A DNA stretch of 64,000 nt from the human T2T-CHM13v2.0 reference genome, Homo sapiens, in assembly GCF_009914755.1 (NCBI RefSeq), contig NC_060935.1; one strand, given 5' to 3'. This document shows, in pieces, positions 22,509-38,688 of this stretch (positions within the stretch are counted from its first letter, which is position 1; each line of letters starts with the position of its first letter). The notes beneath the pieces are model-generated. The model was given only the letters and a program-made list of their open reading frames with translations. It was not told the origin of the DNA and searched no databases. The position numbers were made by a program, and so were the translations under genes.

Positions 22509-22602
22509 TTTTTTTTTTTCAATAGTTTTGGGAGCAAGTGGTTTTGGTTGCGTGGATAAGTTCTTTAGTGGGGATTTCTGAGATTTTGGTGCACCCATCA
22601 CC
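22509..22602 (-). mobile_element. Short L1PB-type 3' end fragment
   Basis: polyT then gataagttctttagtggggatttctgagattttggtgcacccatcacc. Confidence 0.75.
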
Positions 22603-22841
22603 TACCCTCAAGGAGCTTATAGTCTAACTCAGTCAAGCCAACAATTCTAGTGCAGTCTCTGATGGCAGAAGAACAAGGTGTCCTTAGCATGGCATGAAAG
22701 GTTCTTTCTAGGTACCCAACATACCTTTTGTCCTCATCTTTAGCCCCCTCCATAAGCCAGCCACTTGTTGTTCCTAGAATATCCCCAAAATAAGCCACAG
22801 CCCCTTTGCTCATGCTGTTCCCTATTTCTGAAATACCCTTC

Positions 22842-23239
22842 TGTATTAGTTGTTCTCACATTGCTATAAAGAACTACTTGAGACTGGGTAATTTATAAAG
22901 AAAAGAAGTTTAATTGACTCACAGTTCTGCAGGCTGTACAGGCAGAATGGCTGGGGAGGCCTCAGGAAACTTACAATCATGGTGGAAAGTGAAGGAGAAG
23001 CAGGCACGTCTTACATGGCCAGAGAAGGAGGAAGAGAGAGTAAAGGATGAGGTGCTAAACACTTTTAAACAACCAGATCTCTTGAGAACTTTTACCTCGA
23101 GGCAGCACTAGGGGGATGGTGCTAAACCATTAGAAACGACCCCCATAATCCAATCACCTCCCACCAGGACTTACCTCCAACACTGGGGATTATAATTCAA
23201 CATGACATTTGGGTGGAGACACACAGCCAAACAATATCA
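22842..23239 (-). mobile_element. MSTA-like MaLR solo LTR
   Basis: tgtattagt...ccaaacaatatca; imperfect TSD ccttc/cattc. Confidence 0.88.
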
Positions 23240-23264
23240 CATTCCTTCTTTAGTTATTTTACTC

Positions 23265-24600
23265 CAGCAGTCAGTCAATATATATTTATTGAGAATATTC
23301 TATGTGCCAGGCACTGTCCAACACTGAAGACACAATGGTGAGCAGAGACATTCATGAAACAAAGGACCACATAAATGCAAATTTATGACTTTGATAAAGT
23401 GCTATGAAAGACCAGTACAAGGTGCTAAAGAGAGTACATACCAGAAGTCTGACTGAGTCTAAAGACTCAAGAAAGACTTCCTCAAGGAAGGCAGATTCAG
23501 CTGGAATTTGGGAGAGGACAGTGAGCTCCAGACAAAGGCAAAGGCAAATTTTCTGTGTCAGGAGAGAATGTGGTGCCTCCAAGAGACTGGAAGCAGCAGA
23601 GCAGGACAGCAAAGAGAAGATGGTGGAACAGAGGCTGGGGCAATGAATGGGCCAGGACAAGCAGGGCCTTTAGTGCCACAGTAAAGATCAGTCTTTGCCC
23701 CCAGAAGAATGGAAACCATTTTTAATAAGCCACCTAAAGACATAATCAGCTCACCACCATCCTTTAAGACCCAGGTTAAATGTCCCTCTCCCTTCCCCAG
23801 TGCCCAAGGCAACCCTCGCACTGTATAGCCCCCTCTGGAAAAGCATGCACCATGTCATGGTACATGGTGAGGGTTAACTGTGTTTGGCTCAGTCAGTGGT
23901 AAGTTCTCAAGAGCAGACATCCTGTCCTCTTTATCTTTGTAGCCTCAACTGCACACAGTGCCCAGAATATGGCAAGCGTTCCATAAAGTTTTGTTGAATC
24001 AATCAACTGACATGTGCAGATGCTGGTCTGTTTTCAATTTCCTCCCCTCTCTCTTCCTGCACATTCAGGAAAGTTCCATCCCCAACCCCTCACCCCACTG
24101 CCAACAATCTCCCTGCCTCCCTTCTCTCCCCAACACCACCCATCCCCCATGTGGCTACCAGGTTTCCTTCCTAAACAGGTCAGAGCAGGCCACTCTACTC
24201 CTTACATAAGTCTTCACTGATTTCGCCATTGCTGGCAGGATCAAATTCAAATTCTTCAGGCTGATTATCCAATGCATTCATGACCCAATCCCAAACTTAT
24301 CTTCTTGGCCTCATGTTTCATTGCACTCTTTCTTTCCTGTACTCTATGTTCCAACTGCAAAAAAGCTCTAGAATATTCCTCAAGTCAAACACCCACTCCC
24401 ACCTCCATGCCTTTGCTTAGGCTGTGCTCTCAGTCTAGAATGCCCTTCCCTCATGCTTCCCTAATTAGAAAATTACTGGTACCTCAAGACACAGCTCAAA
24501 CACCAACCCATCCCAAAACCTCTCCTCTCATTCCCCAAAACCAGAATTCATGGCTTCTGTTTGTATAGGTATATTTATCCCTAGCACCTTTCCTAGGTGT
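23265..24600. mobile_element. L2 LINE remnants in both orientations
   Basis: tatttattgag...tatgtgccaggcactg; cctttgcttaggctgtg...ctagaatgcccttcc. Confidence 0.55.
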
Positions 24601-26477
24601 GTAAATGGCACATCATAGTTCTCAAATTAAACAAAAACAAAAAAAAAGCCCCATTCTGTCCCTGCGCTGCAGTCTCCCTGCACCAGCCACCATGGCAGCA
24701 ACAAAGAGTGGGAGAAATGGGAAAGCAGCTTTCTCCTCCCACGCGGGAGCGTGCATTCCCAGGAAGAAAGGGAACACAAGGCTTCCCTTGTTACAATATA
24801 CAGACAAAAAAATGACCCAAGTTGTATTCTAGGAAATTATCTCTAAGTCTACAAAGAACCATCCATTGTTTCTAGACTATTTTTCTAGCTCAGAGATAAA
24901 ATATGAAGTTTATAATTTACATACTATAAATTAAAATGCCCCCCCCAAAATTGCTCATTTTGTAAAGCAGTTTTTTACTTTGTTTAAAAACCAGTTACTC
25001 TGGGAGCCTTTCAAGTTTATATGTAAAGACTTAAGCTTATAAAATACTCAGCTGACTATGGACTATGACAACAAATCCCCACAGTCAGTGGTGTCAATAT
25101 CAAATACACAAGACATTTTTCATCTGCTTTAATTAAGACACAAAGGAGCAGCAAAAAAATATTAATCATGCAGTTGATTAAAAATAACTTCCTAAACATC
25201 TGCTCTTGGTAAATAATAGCTATCAAATACTTTAAATCAATGTTTAATGACTGGCATAAATGTAAACCCTTTGTGACTTACATAAAATAAGTCACTCCAT
25301 GTGCAATCTTCTTAGATACCCCCTTTTCACCCACTGGTCTTTTCTTTATTCTCCAAGACTGGCTTTCATCAATCATTCCAAGTCTTCTATACCTGTTTGC
25401 ATACAGTGCAGGCTGGACCTCGAACAAAGTGCTCTGCACTCCTGGAATTCACAGTCTGACTCAGACACATACATGCAGAGCATACAGACATCAAAGTGAT
25501 CCCACTCGTATGGTAAATACAATACAAGCAAAATCAGTTTTCTTCATTTTTCCATCAGCTTGTGCTAGGGGCAGCTCCACTGAGGTTTACTCTGTCTTCA
25601 TGACCATCCTGAGAGGTAAGCAAGCCAGGGATGCCTATGTCCATTTGATTAGCGACCACACTGAGGGCAGGGAGGCTAAATGGTTTGTCCAAGCTGACAC
25701 TGGTCAGTAAGTGACAGACCAAAAATGAAATCTAGTTCTTCTGAATGCACACCTAGAACTGTCTCCCCTCCTGTAGGAAGAACAGTGGTAGATTGATAAG
25801 GTCAATGCTCCCGGGACTGAGAAGTGAGTCAAGGACTAGGTTTTAGAAGAAGGAGGCAGGGAGAGATTGAAGGAACTCTACCAGCTTGGCTGGCTGGGAT
25901 GGAAGCAGCTGACAAACCTAGTGTACGGGCCATGGTTTGTAGTGAAGGAAATTTTCAGGACACTTTTAAATTATGGGAGAGCTGAGTTGATATATGGCAA
26001 GATGAGGAAAGAGGGGAATGAAGCTGCAGGGCCTTGACTTTAAATCTATTTTCCACTTAATCTCAAAAGACACATCCAAGACAGAAAATCCTAAATGCCC
26101 CTTCAGTGTCCCTCTGTTTTCCTGCCAGAACAGGAGCAAAGTTCCTAGGGCCTGGGGTGGCATCAGCAATCCCTGGAATCAACAATGAACTCTGCCAGTC
26201 CCGTCTCTGTTCTCTGCCCGTCTGTGAATCACAGTTACAAGGCAGCTGTCACAGTAACTTGGCTAATTAAATTAGAGCCCATTGAATGCTTTATTGACCT
26301 GACGCTCATTCCAGTGAGCAGGCCCACTTTGAAGGTGACTAAATTCAAGGCTGTTAGTTCACAGATTAAACAACATGGACAAAAACAATAAGGGGCCATC
26401 GGAAAAGTCTCTTCAATGTAAACACAGTGTCTAAAGCACAGCTGCCAGAGTGTGTGACCTATAGGAGATTTATTTGG

Positions 26478-26895
26478 TATTATGGGTTGAATTGTGCCCC
26501 TCAAAATTCATATGTCAGCGTTCTCAATCCAGTATCTCAGAGTGTGACCTTATTTGGAGGTAGGGACTTTACAGAAGTAAACAAGTTTAAAAAAAAGGTC
26601 ATGAGGATGGGCCCAAATCCAATGTGACCAGTATTCTCAGAACAACGGGAAATCTGGACAGAGAGACACAGACAGGGGGAAGGCCACGTGAACAGACACA
26701 CAGAGAAGATGAACATCTACCAGCCAAAAATGAGAGGCCTGGAGCAGAGCCTTCCCTTTGAGCCCTCACAAGGAACCCATCCTTCAGAGACCTTGTTTTG
26801 AACTTGTAGCCTCCAGAACTGTAAGACAATACATTTCTGTCGTTTATGCCACCCGCTTTATGGTATTGTGTTACAGCAGCCTAGCAAAGCAACAT
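26478..26895 (+). mobile_element. MLT1B/C-like LTR
   Basis: tatgggttgaattgtgcccctcaaaattcatatgt...tgttacagcagccctagcaa-type end. Confidence 0.8.
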
Positions 26896-26959
26896 CTGGA
26901 GATGTATAAGAGGCAGAAAGAGCCCTGGATAAAGAGGACTTTTTATGAGAACAATGAAA

Positions 26960-27125
26960 AGAGCATTAGTTCTAGAAGCAAACAAACCTGGGTTGAGACC
27001 CTGACCTTGCTATTACCCACAGTGTCCTCAGCCAAGACACCTAACCTGTCTGTGCCTTGATTTCTCCTCTGTAAAATAGGGATGATAACATTTTCCTCAC
27101 AGGGGTGTTAGAATAAAACGTGAAA
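26960..27125 (+). mobile_element. MIR SINE
   Basis: aacctgggttgagaccctg...tttctcctctgtaaaatagggatgataac. Confidence 0.65.
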
Positions 27126-28339
27126 ACCTACAGTCTTTGGCTTATGTAGATCCAGGTCCCATAAGGCCCCTCACAACCAGTTATAGTCACCACTGTAAAT
27201 TCTGACCACCTACCAAATACTGACAATAATGAACATGAGACACTTTTGTAAAATAACTACAAAACGCACACTGGCCTGAGGCTGCCATGCCCTCTAGGGG
27301 ATTCTGTACGTGTTATGATGAATGCTACCATTCTCAGTTCTTTCTGCTCCACTTAATTTATCACTTGCTCTGTCTCTCTGACTGGAGACCTCAGTTTTAT
27401 GCTGAGAAGTCCCTCTTCACCATTTCTCCTGCCAAACTTGGGCCAGGAGGGGATGGTCCATTCAGCAGCCCTCAGGGCCTGCCTCTCACTACCTCACTCT
27501 CATGCTCACTCTTGTAGACAGCCATATAGACTTTGAGACAAAAACTGCACTTCTGTCTTTTTGCACTGCCTGGTTTAAAAAAAAAAAAAAAGGTTGTTAC
27601 TTAAGCTCTCCTATTTGCACTCAAAAATGGTAATAATCCTAATAAAACCAAATGGAAAATACCTCCCATGACAATAAAGCTCTATTTTGTCCAGAATTGT
27701 GGGGAAATTGGCTATTTTGGTTAACTGCCCACTCCACTTAGAAGTTACCCTATCGGAACTGAAGCCTAACTTTTAAAGAATTAGAATGTAAATCAAATAC
27801 ACCGAATGCCAAGAGGCTGGGATGGCTGGGTCTTTACTTGGTTCTTTAATGGTCTTGCAGAAATTGATGGTGTTTTGGGGACACTGTCAGGGCCTCAGTT
27901 ATTGCTGAAGTGTTCTAATAACAAAAACTGGAGGTGATTTGTGCCTCCTGGTGGTATGAATTCTTTAAAACACAGGTTTTTAAATAGATATGCAAATATA
28001 AATATCCGTACAGCCAAGGGAAGCTCTCCTGGAACCCAAAATCAAATCCTTCTCATGTTGGAGCTCTCGTGGGTTACTTTCAAGGACGCCCCAGCTCACA
28101 CCACAAAGGGACCCCCATTCTTTTCTCTTTATTCGGGCTGCATTGCCACACATTGTATGGAGTGACCTCAAATCAGCCCATATTTATTAAGCTTCTCTTC
28201 CCAGCTCCACAACAAGAGAAGCATTAGACGCTATTCCTGCCTTCCAAGGAGCTCCAATTTAGTTGGAGAACTGCCTATGTTATTAAATTCTGCATTGTGT
28301 GCGCTGAGCTTTAAGTGCTGAACAGAGTTGACTTTTATG

Positions 28340-28540
28340 ATCCCTACCCTGTGCTGCGTGTTTTACATAGATTACCTCACTTAATCAGCTCATATTCTGA
28401 GTCATATTATTATCCTCACTTTACAAATGAAGATTCTGAGTCTTGACAGAGAATATGTAACTGGCCAAAGGTCACACAGCTAAGTAAATGTCAACTTAGG
28501 TATGAAACCCCAGTCAGCATGACCCTACAGCCCGCTTCAC
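28340..28540 (-). mobile_element. MIR SINE
   Basis: attattatcctcactttacaaatgaagattctgag...aaggtcacacagctaagtaaatg. Confidence 0.7.
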
Positions 28541-29844
28541 CCCCCTAACACTGCCTCTTTCACCTGTCTGCTTATCTAAGTCCTGTAGAGCAGGTAGCCA
28601 CAGCAAAAATCCTACAAAGGATCAGAACAAGCTCCTTTGTGCCTTTCTTCCCCTTCCTTTTTTGATCCCCACATATTCCGCCCACAGCTCCTAACAATCT
28701 CTCCCAAGATTAGATTTTTAAAAAACAGAGAACTAAGAATAAGGGCTTCTCAGGAGCCCTTTTCTTATACTCTGAAGCAAACTTCATCGCAAATTTAAAA
28801 AGAAGGTGTTTGCTAACTTTGCTTCATTGGAAGAATAACATTTTCTCTCAATGAGACCATAACTTTATCTTTATTTAAAAAAAAAAAAAAAAACACTGTC
28901 ATATAGGTCTGCTTCTCCTCCTAAATGAACTATTCTTTCCTTCTTACTGCTTTGCTGGCAGAAATCAGTTAAAAAAAAAAAAAGCCAAATAAAAACTAAG
29001 AATCTATTGAGTTCTTAGGGATCCCAAGTTAATTTCTCACAAGTTGATAAAGTGAACATTAAACAACCAGGCACTTGGGGTGATTAGAAACAAACAAAAA
29101 AAAGAATCAGAACTAATACTTCCATATGCATGTACTGCGGCACCACCCAGCCAGCTAGAAGAGGTGGCTGATATTTTTCTTAAATTAACAAAAAATTGAC
29201 ATAGATGATTTCAGTTCTCCCTAGTTAGCTAGAGGTCCCACTCTGCTAAAAATCAGAATGTCCAATGTGATTTTTAATTGCCTTGCTAATAACCACCTTT
29301 CAGAAAATCAAAGGAGAGGGAATTTTTTATCCAAAATATCAGTTAGCAAAATATTGCAAATTTCACAATAGGTGAGGAAGACATGCTGTGGCATAGGCAT
29401 AGGCCCTGGCTTTAGAAAACCATGTTTCAAAGAGCACAGAAAAATGCCAAGAATAATCTCACGGTCATAGAAAAACATCGTACTATGGATGAAAAGGGGA
29501 GTGAGAAGGGAGGTTTTCAAATGGAAAATATGACCATAAAATAAAATATGATGATACAATAAAAAGCAGAACTGCAGCTGCAGGTGGAAACCAGCAATAA
29601 ATTCTATAACATTCTATGACAATATAAACAAGACAACAAACAGTCCCTTCGTAAGCAAAACTATAAGAATAGCCTGAACGTGGAAAATTAATAACAGGAA
29701 AATCAAAGGCCAGAAAAGCATTATTTCAAGGAATTTGGGGTGGGAGAAGGGAGTATGGTCAGTGAAAGAAGAGGAACAAGAAAGAGATTATGCCTGAAGT
29801 TGATGACTTGATGTTAAAAAAAAAAAAAAAAAAGGAGATGCCAG

Positions 29845-29980
29845 AGGCCTGGTAGAGTGGCTCACTGCCTGTTATCCCAGCACTTTGGGAGGCTGAGGTG
29901 GGAAGATTGCTTGAAGCCAGGACTTCAAGACCAGCTGGGCAACAAAGCAAGAACCCAGCTCTGCCAAAAAAAAAAAAAGT
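29845..29980 (+). mobile_element. Alu monomer (FLAM-like)
   Basis: Left-arm Alu with A tail. Confidence 0.85.
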
Positions 29981-29994
29981 TTTAAATTAAATAA

Positions 29995-30680
<686 letters not shown>

Positions 30681-32117
30681 ATAGTTGGTAAGCAAAAGTT
30701 CTAATTTTTTTAGTTTTAAGCAATAATGTAGATATAGATATGGCAAACTAGACTGTGTTTAGGAACAGAGCTTAGTATTGAAATTAAATGAAATTTATAA
30801 TAGTGAATGACACACTTAATGTTATACATAATTTTTATCATCCTGCACGGTAATCAAGCATAAATGGAACCCTTCATGCAAATAGAAACGATTCATATTC
30901 TTTTAAAGCATCATTTCTAAAGCAGGGAATGGGGAATGGGAAACAGAAGCCAGCCAGTGGCTGCTCCACTACCGACCATTCCACTCAGACAGATCTTAGG
31001 GAAGGGGTAGCTCTGCCTTAAACCAAGCCAGTCCCAGACTCCAGCAGCCATCAAGTCCTAGGACTCAGTAGGTGAAGCTGGGTAACCATGCCTTCTGGGA
31101 TTCTCTGTGAAAGTAACCCCAGATAAAGTGGTTCTAAGAGTACAAGGGATATACTCTCTGATCAAACAATCAGTAAGAGGAAAGCCTCCCATGCAGATTT
31201 TGAACACCCAGAAGCTATGGGATTGGGTTAGGTAGAGCAAGTGGCTGAGGCAGAGGAAAGGAGCAGACAAAGGGGAAGTGGAGGCATGAGTCAGCTGTCA
31301 GCTGCTTTGGGGGTGTCTGTTATTTAATACTGAATGTTCAGGGAATGGGAGTGGAGTGGAGATACTAGGATGAGCCTGAGTGGAGAAGTGCGGTTGGGGG
31401 CAAGAGGAGGAAGGAAGACAGCTCCTGGGAGCAGAGGCAAGCGGGAATGACAAGAGCGAAAGCTGAAAGAAGGATGCCACAAGAGAAAACTGCACAGGAA
31501 ACAACATTCAGACTATGGAATGAGTCCTGAGTTTCAAATACACTGCCTGGCCTTTGCTTCAACAATCTGCTGTGTTTGTGGGTTCAGGGGAAGGGAGGTA
31601 GGATAAGCACAATGAAGCATGACTGGCCACGTGATAATAATTGTTGAAGCTGAGTAATGGGTACACGGGTTCACCATACTATTCTACTTTTATGTTTCCA
31701 TTTTTTAGTGTGTTTTTTTTTTCCTAAGCTACTAAGGGTTTACCATTTAACTCGGAGTTTAAAAACAAAACAAAACAAAACATAAATTCTTACACTGGTC
31801 TGTAAGGCCTGACACAATCTTGCTCCTCTCTTCCTGTTACTGCTCTAGCATCCTTGCTGCCTACCTGCTCCCTCACTCTCTGCTATTCCCTGAGCTCATC
31901 AGACATGCTCCTCTCACCCCAGGCTTTGCAAGAATTGGTCTCTCTCCCTAGCATTGTCTCCACCCAGACATCCACACAGCTTACTCACCTTCTTAAGGAG
32001 ATGCACTCTGCCCCGCCTACGGAGAACTGCAGCTCGCCCCTTTGCTCCACCTTCTCTGGAACTCCTAATCCTCATCACCGTATGCTTACTTTTTCCTAGC
32101 ACTTATCATCTTCAAAC

Positions 32118-32185
32118 GTATATATATATATATATATACACACACATATATATATACACACACATATATATACACATATATATAT
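32118..32185. repeat. (TA)/(CA) compound microsatellite within an L2 remnant
   Basis: Seen directly. Confidence 0.9.
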
Positions 32186-32992
32186 TTCATGTTTATCTTT
32201 CATCACTGGAATTTAAATTACCAGAGGGACAGGAAATTTTTGTTTTGAGGTTTTGTTTTGTTTTTTTTGGTTGTAGTTCAGTGACTAGAATGCCTGGCAC
32301 TCAATAAATGTAAGTAGAATGAATGCAGAAAGTTTAAGAACAACTTAGAAGCCTGTGGCAAGGGAGGGTGTAGGTGTCTTTGGCCTTGTCTTCTTCAATA
32401 GCTAGAGTAGCTAAGACCCAACTGCTCCCACCCTACTCTCATGAGCTAAACAAAAAAACTAGGGCACCCAATTTCTGAAGAGGAGTGAAAAACTTATACA
32501 TAGCTCATCAGAATTATTGCCCTCCTCCCCAGCTTCTAGGCAGAGATTTCATAACTTGATTTTGAGACATCTAAGGCTATTTCCAGCTATAGCTTGTGAT
32601 TATCACAAAATTCTTAACCAAGCTCTTCATGATAAAGTGAGGAATTTCTGTCTCAACTATTAAACAATTGGAAAATTTCTCAAAACCAGAACTTTGTAGT
32701 ATTTTGGAAATTTTAGGCTTTGGCAAAATGCCTATTTTTAAGAGAAACTTATCACATAACAAATGTTTAAAATTGGTTTTGTGATTAGGGAGAATGTGGG
32801 CATCAAAACCCAATTTAGAACTACCTGGTGCCAAGACTTTTTGTACATGAGACAATTTCCAATAGGCTTATCCCTCCCTGCATTGACAGCTATGTCCCAT
32901 GGCTAAGAAGTTACTCCTACACATCTCCACAAACCAGCTATGGAGTTGAACAAATTACTTCCTTGAGCTGGTTTCATGATCACAAAAATATC

Positions 32993-32993
<1 letters not shown>

Positions 32994-33023
<30 letters not shown>

Positions 33024-33025
33024 TA
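32994..33025. repeat. (TG)n microsatellite
   Basis: Seen directly. Confidence 0.9.
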
Positions 33026-33971
33026 CGCACACATCCTCACATATTTGTGTGTACCATTCTACTTTCAGAAGACGGACAAAATCTTGGGAAATCAGATAAA
33101 CAATAAAATAAAACCCACCCCCAAAAAGCTGGGAATCATTGCCTTAAGTGATAGTGTAAGTATTTGCAAGCATGAGAAAGGGATTATCCAAAACTCCTTT
33201 AACAGTGTTATTAATGAAAGAAAATACTGTTTGATCTATTCACAAGTGATTGCTGAGCAATGTGCTGCAGCATATAGTACAGATGTTGTTCAGAGTATGG
33301 ATGACCTTTCCGGAGCTGACCAAGGTCAGAATATAAGCTCAGGGTAAAACGGTCAGGTTTCTCTGGCTTGCATTTCCACAGATCAGGTCTAGATGCCTTG
33401 TGAGGCTCCCAGGCTGAGGTAAGAGTGCCATCTGGAGGATCTCCATTTCAGAGAGAAATGCATTTGCAAAACTGACCATAAAACAGGTCACCAAGTCGGG
33501 ATCCACACAGAAACAGGAACCATTATCAAATAATTGCATGGATTTACACTGTTTGCACACTTGCCTTTTTAATAAAAACTTTCCTTTGGGAAACCTTTCT
33601 TGAATTTCATCTCTCAAAGTCATTTATATAGTTCTTGTTGCTCTTTAGGAAGGAGGTTTCTTCTACTTGGCCCATAGATCCACTGAGTCAAGCCCCTTAC
33701 AGTTCCCCTTCTCCCATAATCTACACTCTTTTCCTAAAAAAAGAAAGTTTGATTCCCAGGTGGGACAGGTACCCTCAAGATCCCAGGGAATTCTCAGGTT
33801 CCCCATCAGAACAGGTACCCTCAAGGGTCATGTAACAGTTGCCATGCCAACTTCCACATGCTCAATTAGATGATTCATCTCTAACCAGAATGAACATGCA
33901 CTTAACCATCAGCTATCAATTGCCTTGACCAGGGAAGAGGATAGGGTCTGCCTACTCCATGTGCCATAATA

Positions 33972-34018
33972 CATTACTTTTAATGGCAAAAATTGCAATT
34001 ACTTTTGCACCAACCTAG
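33972..34018. mobile_element. MADE1 (Hsmar1-derived MITE), one arm only
   Basis: taatggcaaaaattgcaattacttttgcaccaaccta matches the mariner TIR. Confidence 0.85.
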
Positions 34019-34674
34019 TATAAACTATTCATTAGGTGAAACAGTCCCGAGGGACTGCATCTGCATAGGCTAAGAAGAGCTGCAATGCAGTTTTCTGTGT
34101 TACTGTGAGGAAGGAGTGAAAAGCATGCTTTTCAGTTACAAGAGATCCTACCTCCAAATTGCTGTACCTGTCAGGAATAGCTTCTATGAAGAAATCTGCT
34201 GTTCTGTGTAATAGCCCTGTGATGCATTTATTTCAGTTCTACCCTTAGTTCCCCATTCTCTCAATTGCTGAGAAAAGTAATGCTACCTGAAATTACATGA
34301 ATTTTCAAAAATGGGTATTTTCTTCACCTGCGAAAATGGGCCCTTCCTCCTCTCTTAGAAAGCCAACTTCTTTGTTCCTCAGAAAAACAAAGCTGATTCA
34401 GACAATTCTTTTCTGCGTTCTCATAATAGGACATGCAGAATATAGATAAATAGCTTCTTGTTAACCACAGCTGAATTCTTTCACAAAAAGAAAACCAGTC
34501 TTCTTTCTTAATAGTTCTTGTATGACCCTTAAACAGGAAAAAGAAAGACTAGGCAACCAGAATGACATGATTAAAGGGGCCGAGCCAGAACTAAGAAAAA
34601 GGTTAAGGGCAGGAGGAAGAACAGTTTGTTCCATGTCTGCAAGGAATTGGAGGACCGTCTGCCTGCAAGGCTGA

Positions 34675-34925
<251 letters not shown>

Positions 34926-35528
34926 TAGCAACTTTCTTCAGACAGCACCTACCTCAAAAGGACCTAAAGGTCATACCCCTTATCCTCTTTTCAGAATAAG
35001 AAATTGTATTTCAGTATGAAGAGATACAATCCAGAGTCCTAGACAGGTTCAGAATAACCTTAACATAATATATTCCTCCAATGGCTGCAAGGAGTTAAAA
35101 ACACAAAAAGCTGAGTTGAAGGATTACCTATGTCCACCAAATAAAGGATTAGGCTATAAAGACCAGAGTCAGCATGTCATGGCACATACATTCCAAAGGA
35201 ACATTGGCAATTTAAGACCTTTGCCATTTGACAAGATAAAGAAACAGTGTTGAGAAGGAGGAAAAGTCCAACCAAGAAAATAAAATTTAATTGAAATAGC
35301 AAAAAGTGCCAAAAATGTGTGCTTAAACAAAGTCCTAGGAGTCCCAAGAATTCTGAGAAATTATCAGGTAGTATTATGATGAATGAAGATGACCAGTCAG
35401 TGAGTCCTGTGTGACGGTCATATACCTCAATAAAAAGGATGGCATAGAATGTAAGAAATCTCGTTGTTCTCTTTTGTCAAAGCTCCCATGTTATTAAAGA
35501 CACTCACCCTTAATTGTAAAAAGCAATA

Positions 35529-35534
35529 TTTATT
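35529..35534 (-). terminator. ZW10: ZW10 polyadenylation signal AATAAA (3'UTR about 35515-36020)
   Basis: TTTATT on the plus strand about 490 nt after the stop codon. Confidence 0.75.
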
Positions 35535-36020
35535 GGAAAGAAATATTACAGGAAGTCTCCTTAATTCCTGTAAGGCCAAATATGGTGGCCCATTCCTCCC
35601 TTCCCCTCCTCCACACCCCTAAAATATCTCCGATTTGCTCAGAAATTCTCTACCCTGACTCCTGGAATCTCCCAATTCCTCGTTCCAAAGCTAGGGCCTG
35701 CATTTACAATGTATATAGCTCCCAGAGGGCTCTGGAAGCAGCATGAAATAATGCTGCCTGACAGTTTGTTAGCTAATCAAAGGAAGATGGCTAGAAAGTC
35801 AATGAATTGAGGTGCTTTACTTGACAATTTATCTTAATAAACAGTTCTTAAACAAAGCCTCGTACAGGCCAGGAGGTAAGACGTTCTTCTGTAAAGTCAA
35901 ACTTCCAAGATGTACTGGTTCACCAAAACCAATGGGCGATTCAAAGAAGTCTTTAAGGGAGTAATTATGCCAAGGGAAGAATCCACATATTCAAGACATA
36001 GCTTTCTTAAGAAGATGGAG

Positions 36021-36141
36021 CTATTTAATTTTAGCAAGGGCAGCTGCTCTTCTTTCTGTGTTCTGAAACAAGGCACGAATTAAAGCTTTTACTTCACTGG
36101 AAGAGAACGCAGCTGCCAGGGGTCCTTTTCCATCTGCCCAC
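36021..36141 (-). CDS. ZW10: ZW10 exon 16, coding part (kinetochore RZZ / NRZ tethering subunit C-terminus)
   Basis: (R)[39 protein letters not shown] then TAG at 36023-36021. Confidence 0.95.
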
Positions 36142-36489
36142 CTGCAAAACGAAAGATAGAGTTCCATTTCCTATTAGGTCTCTGAAGTATAAGCAAGACT
36201 TAAAAATTGCCTGTTTGATCCAAATGCTTATTTGCTTGAAATGGAAATAAAACAAATCCTGGGCATCTTTCCTCTTCTTTATAGAACTGCCCCTCAATGT
36301 GTCTGACCTCTTTGCTCACCCACTACAACTGGTTATCAGCACAGCCAGATGAAGAGACCAAGTGAGGAATATGAGACTATTCTCCCTTATTCTATACCAA
36401 GGCCTCTTTGAACTAATAATGATGACCATACTCTCATGCCTTAGGCTTTATAACTGTATTACAAAGTAACCACAGGCAACCAATTTTAA

Positions 36490-37480
<991 letters not shown>

Positions 37481-38277
37481 TTACAACTTTAGCCTTATAG
37501 TTACACAAATCTCTGGGGGAAAAAAATTTCCTAGGCAGTAAAAAGAAGTTGAGTTGTACTAGTGTTATAATTTTTCTTATAACAAGGAATTAATGATCAT
37601 TCTTAGACTGCAAGAAAGCCCTTTAACAACAGAAAGAAAAATTCTTATCTGCTGCCCTCTGGAGCCTATTACTTAAAGGTGTCTTTGTTACCTGCTAAGG
37701 ACTTGTAAATAATAAATGAATAAATCTAAACTTTGTAGTAAATGTGATTGGAGGTATTCTGATGTGATTTTTTTTCAAGCAGAGATCTCATTGACATTGT
37801 ACAAATGACTAATATTTGCAGCAAACAACTCAGACACATCTAGGATGACTGGTCTAATATAACCAGACATCTGTAGTAAACCAAGCTAAAGCAGATAGAC
37901 AAGTACCTATAGGGATGGAGATGACCTTAAGGCCTCTACAGAGAGTCCTTTATGCAAGGTATACATACTGACCAATAATCTACCAAGACAATATAAAATC
38001 ATCCATGAATGTGTAACTGACCCACATCTATTCTGCTTTGTGCAACGGCCTCTGCACACTATGATATGATATAGCATACACTCACTGGGCACAGCAACAT
38101 TAACTGATGGTGTTGAGAGAAAACATCATCCACTACGTTTGAGAAAAGATGAATCCCTTCTAGGTATATGGTGCTTAACCTCTAAAACTACTGCACTCCC
38201 TGCAGAAAGACTGCAGGTCAATCAAACAGTAGTCTGATGCTCAATATTTCAGACAGGTAAAAGTCACTTCTCTGTTA

Positions 38278-38688
<411 letters not shown>

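Noticed and set aside
29140-29172. CTCF-like motif (agaagaggtggc)
   Set aside because: Poor match to the CCASYAGRKGGC core
33972-34018. Possible miR-548-type hairpin from MADE1
   Set aside because: Only one TIR arm is present, so no long hairpin can form
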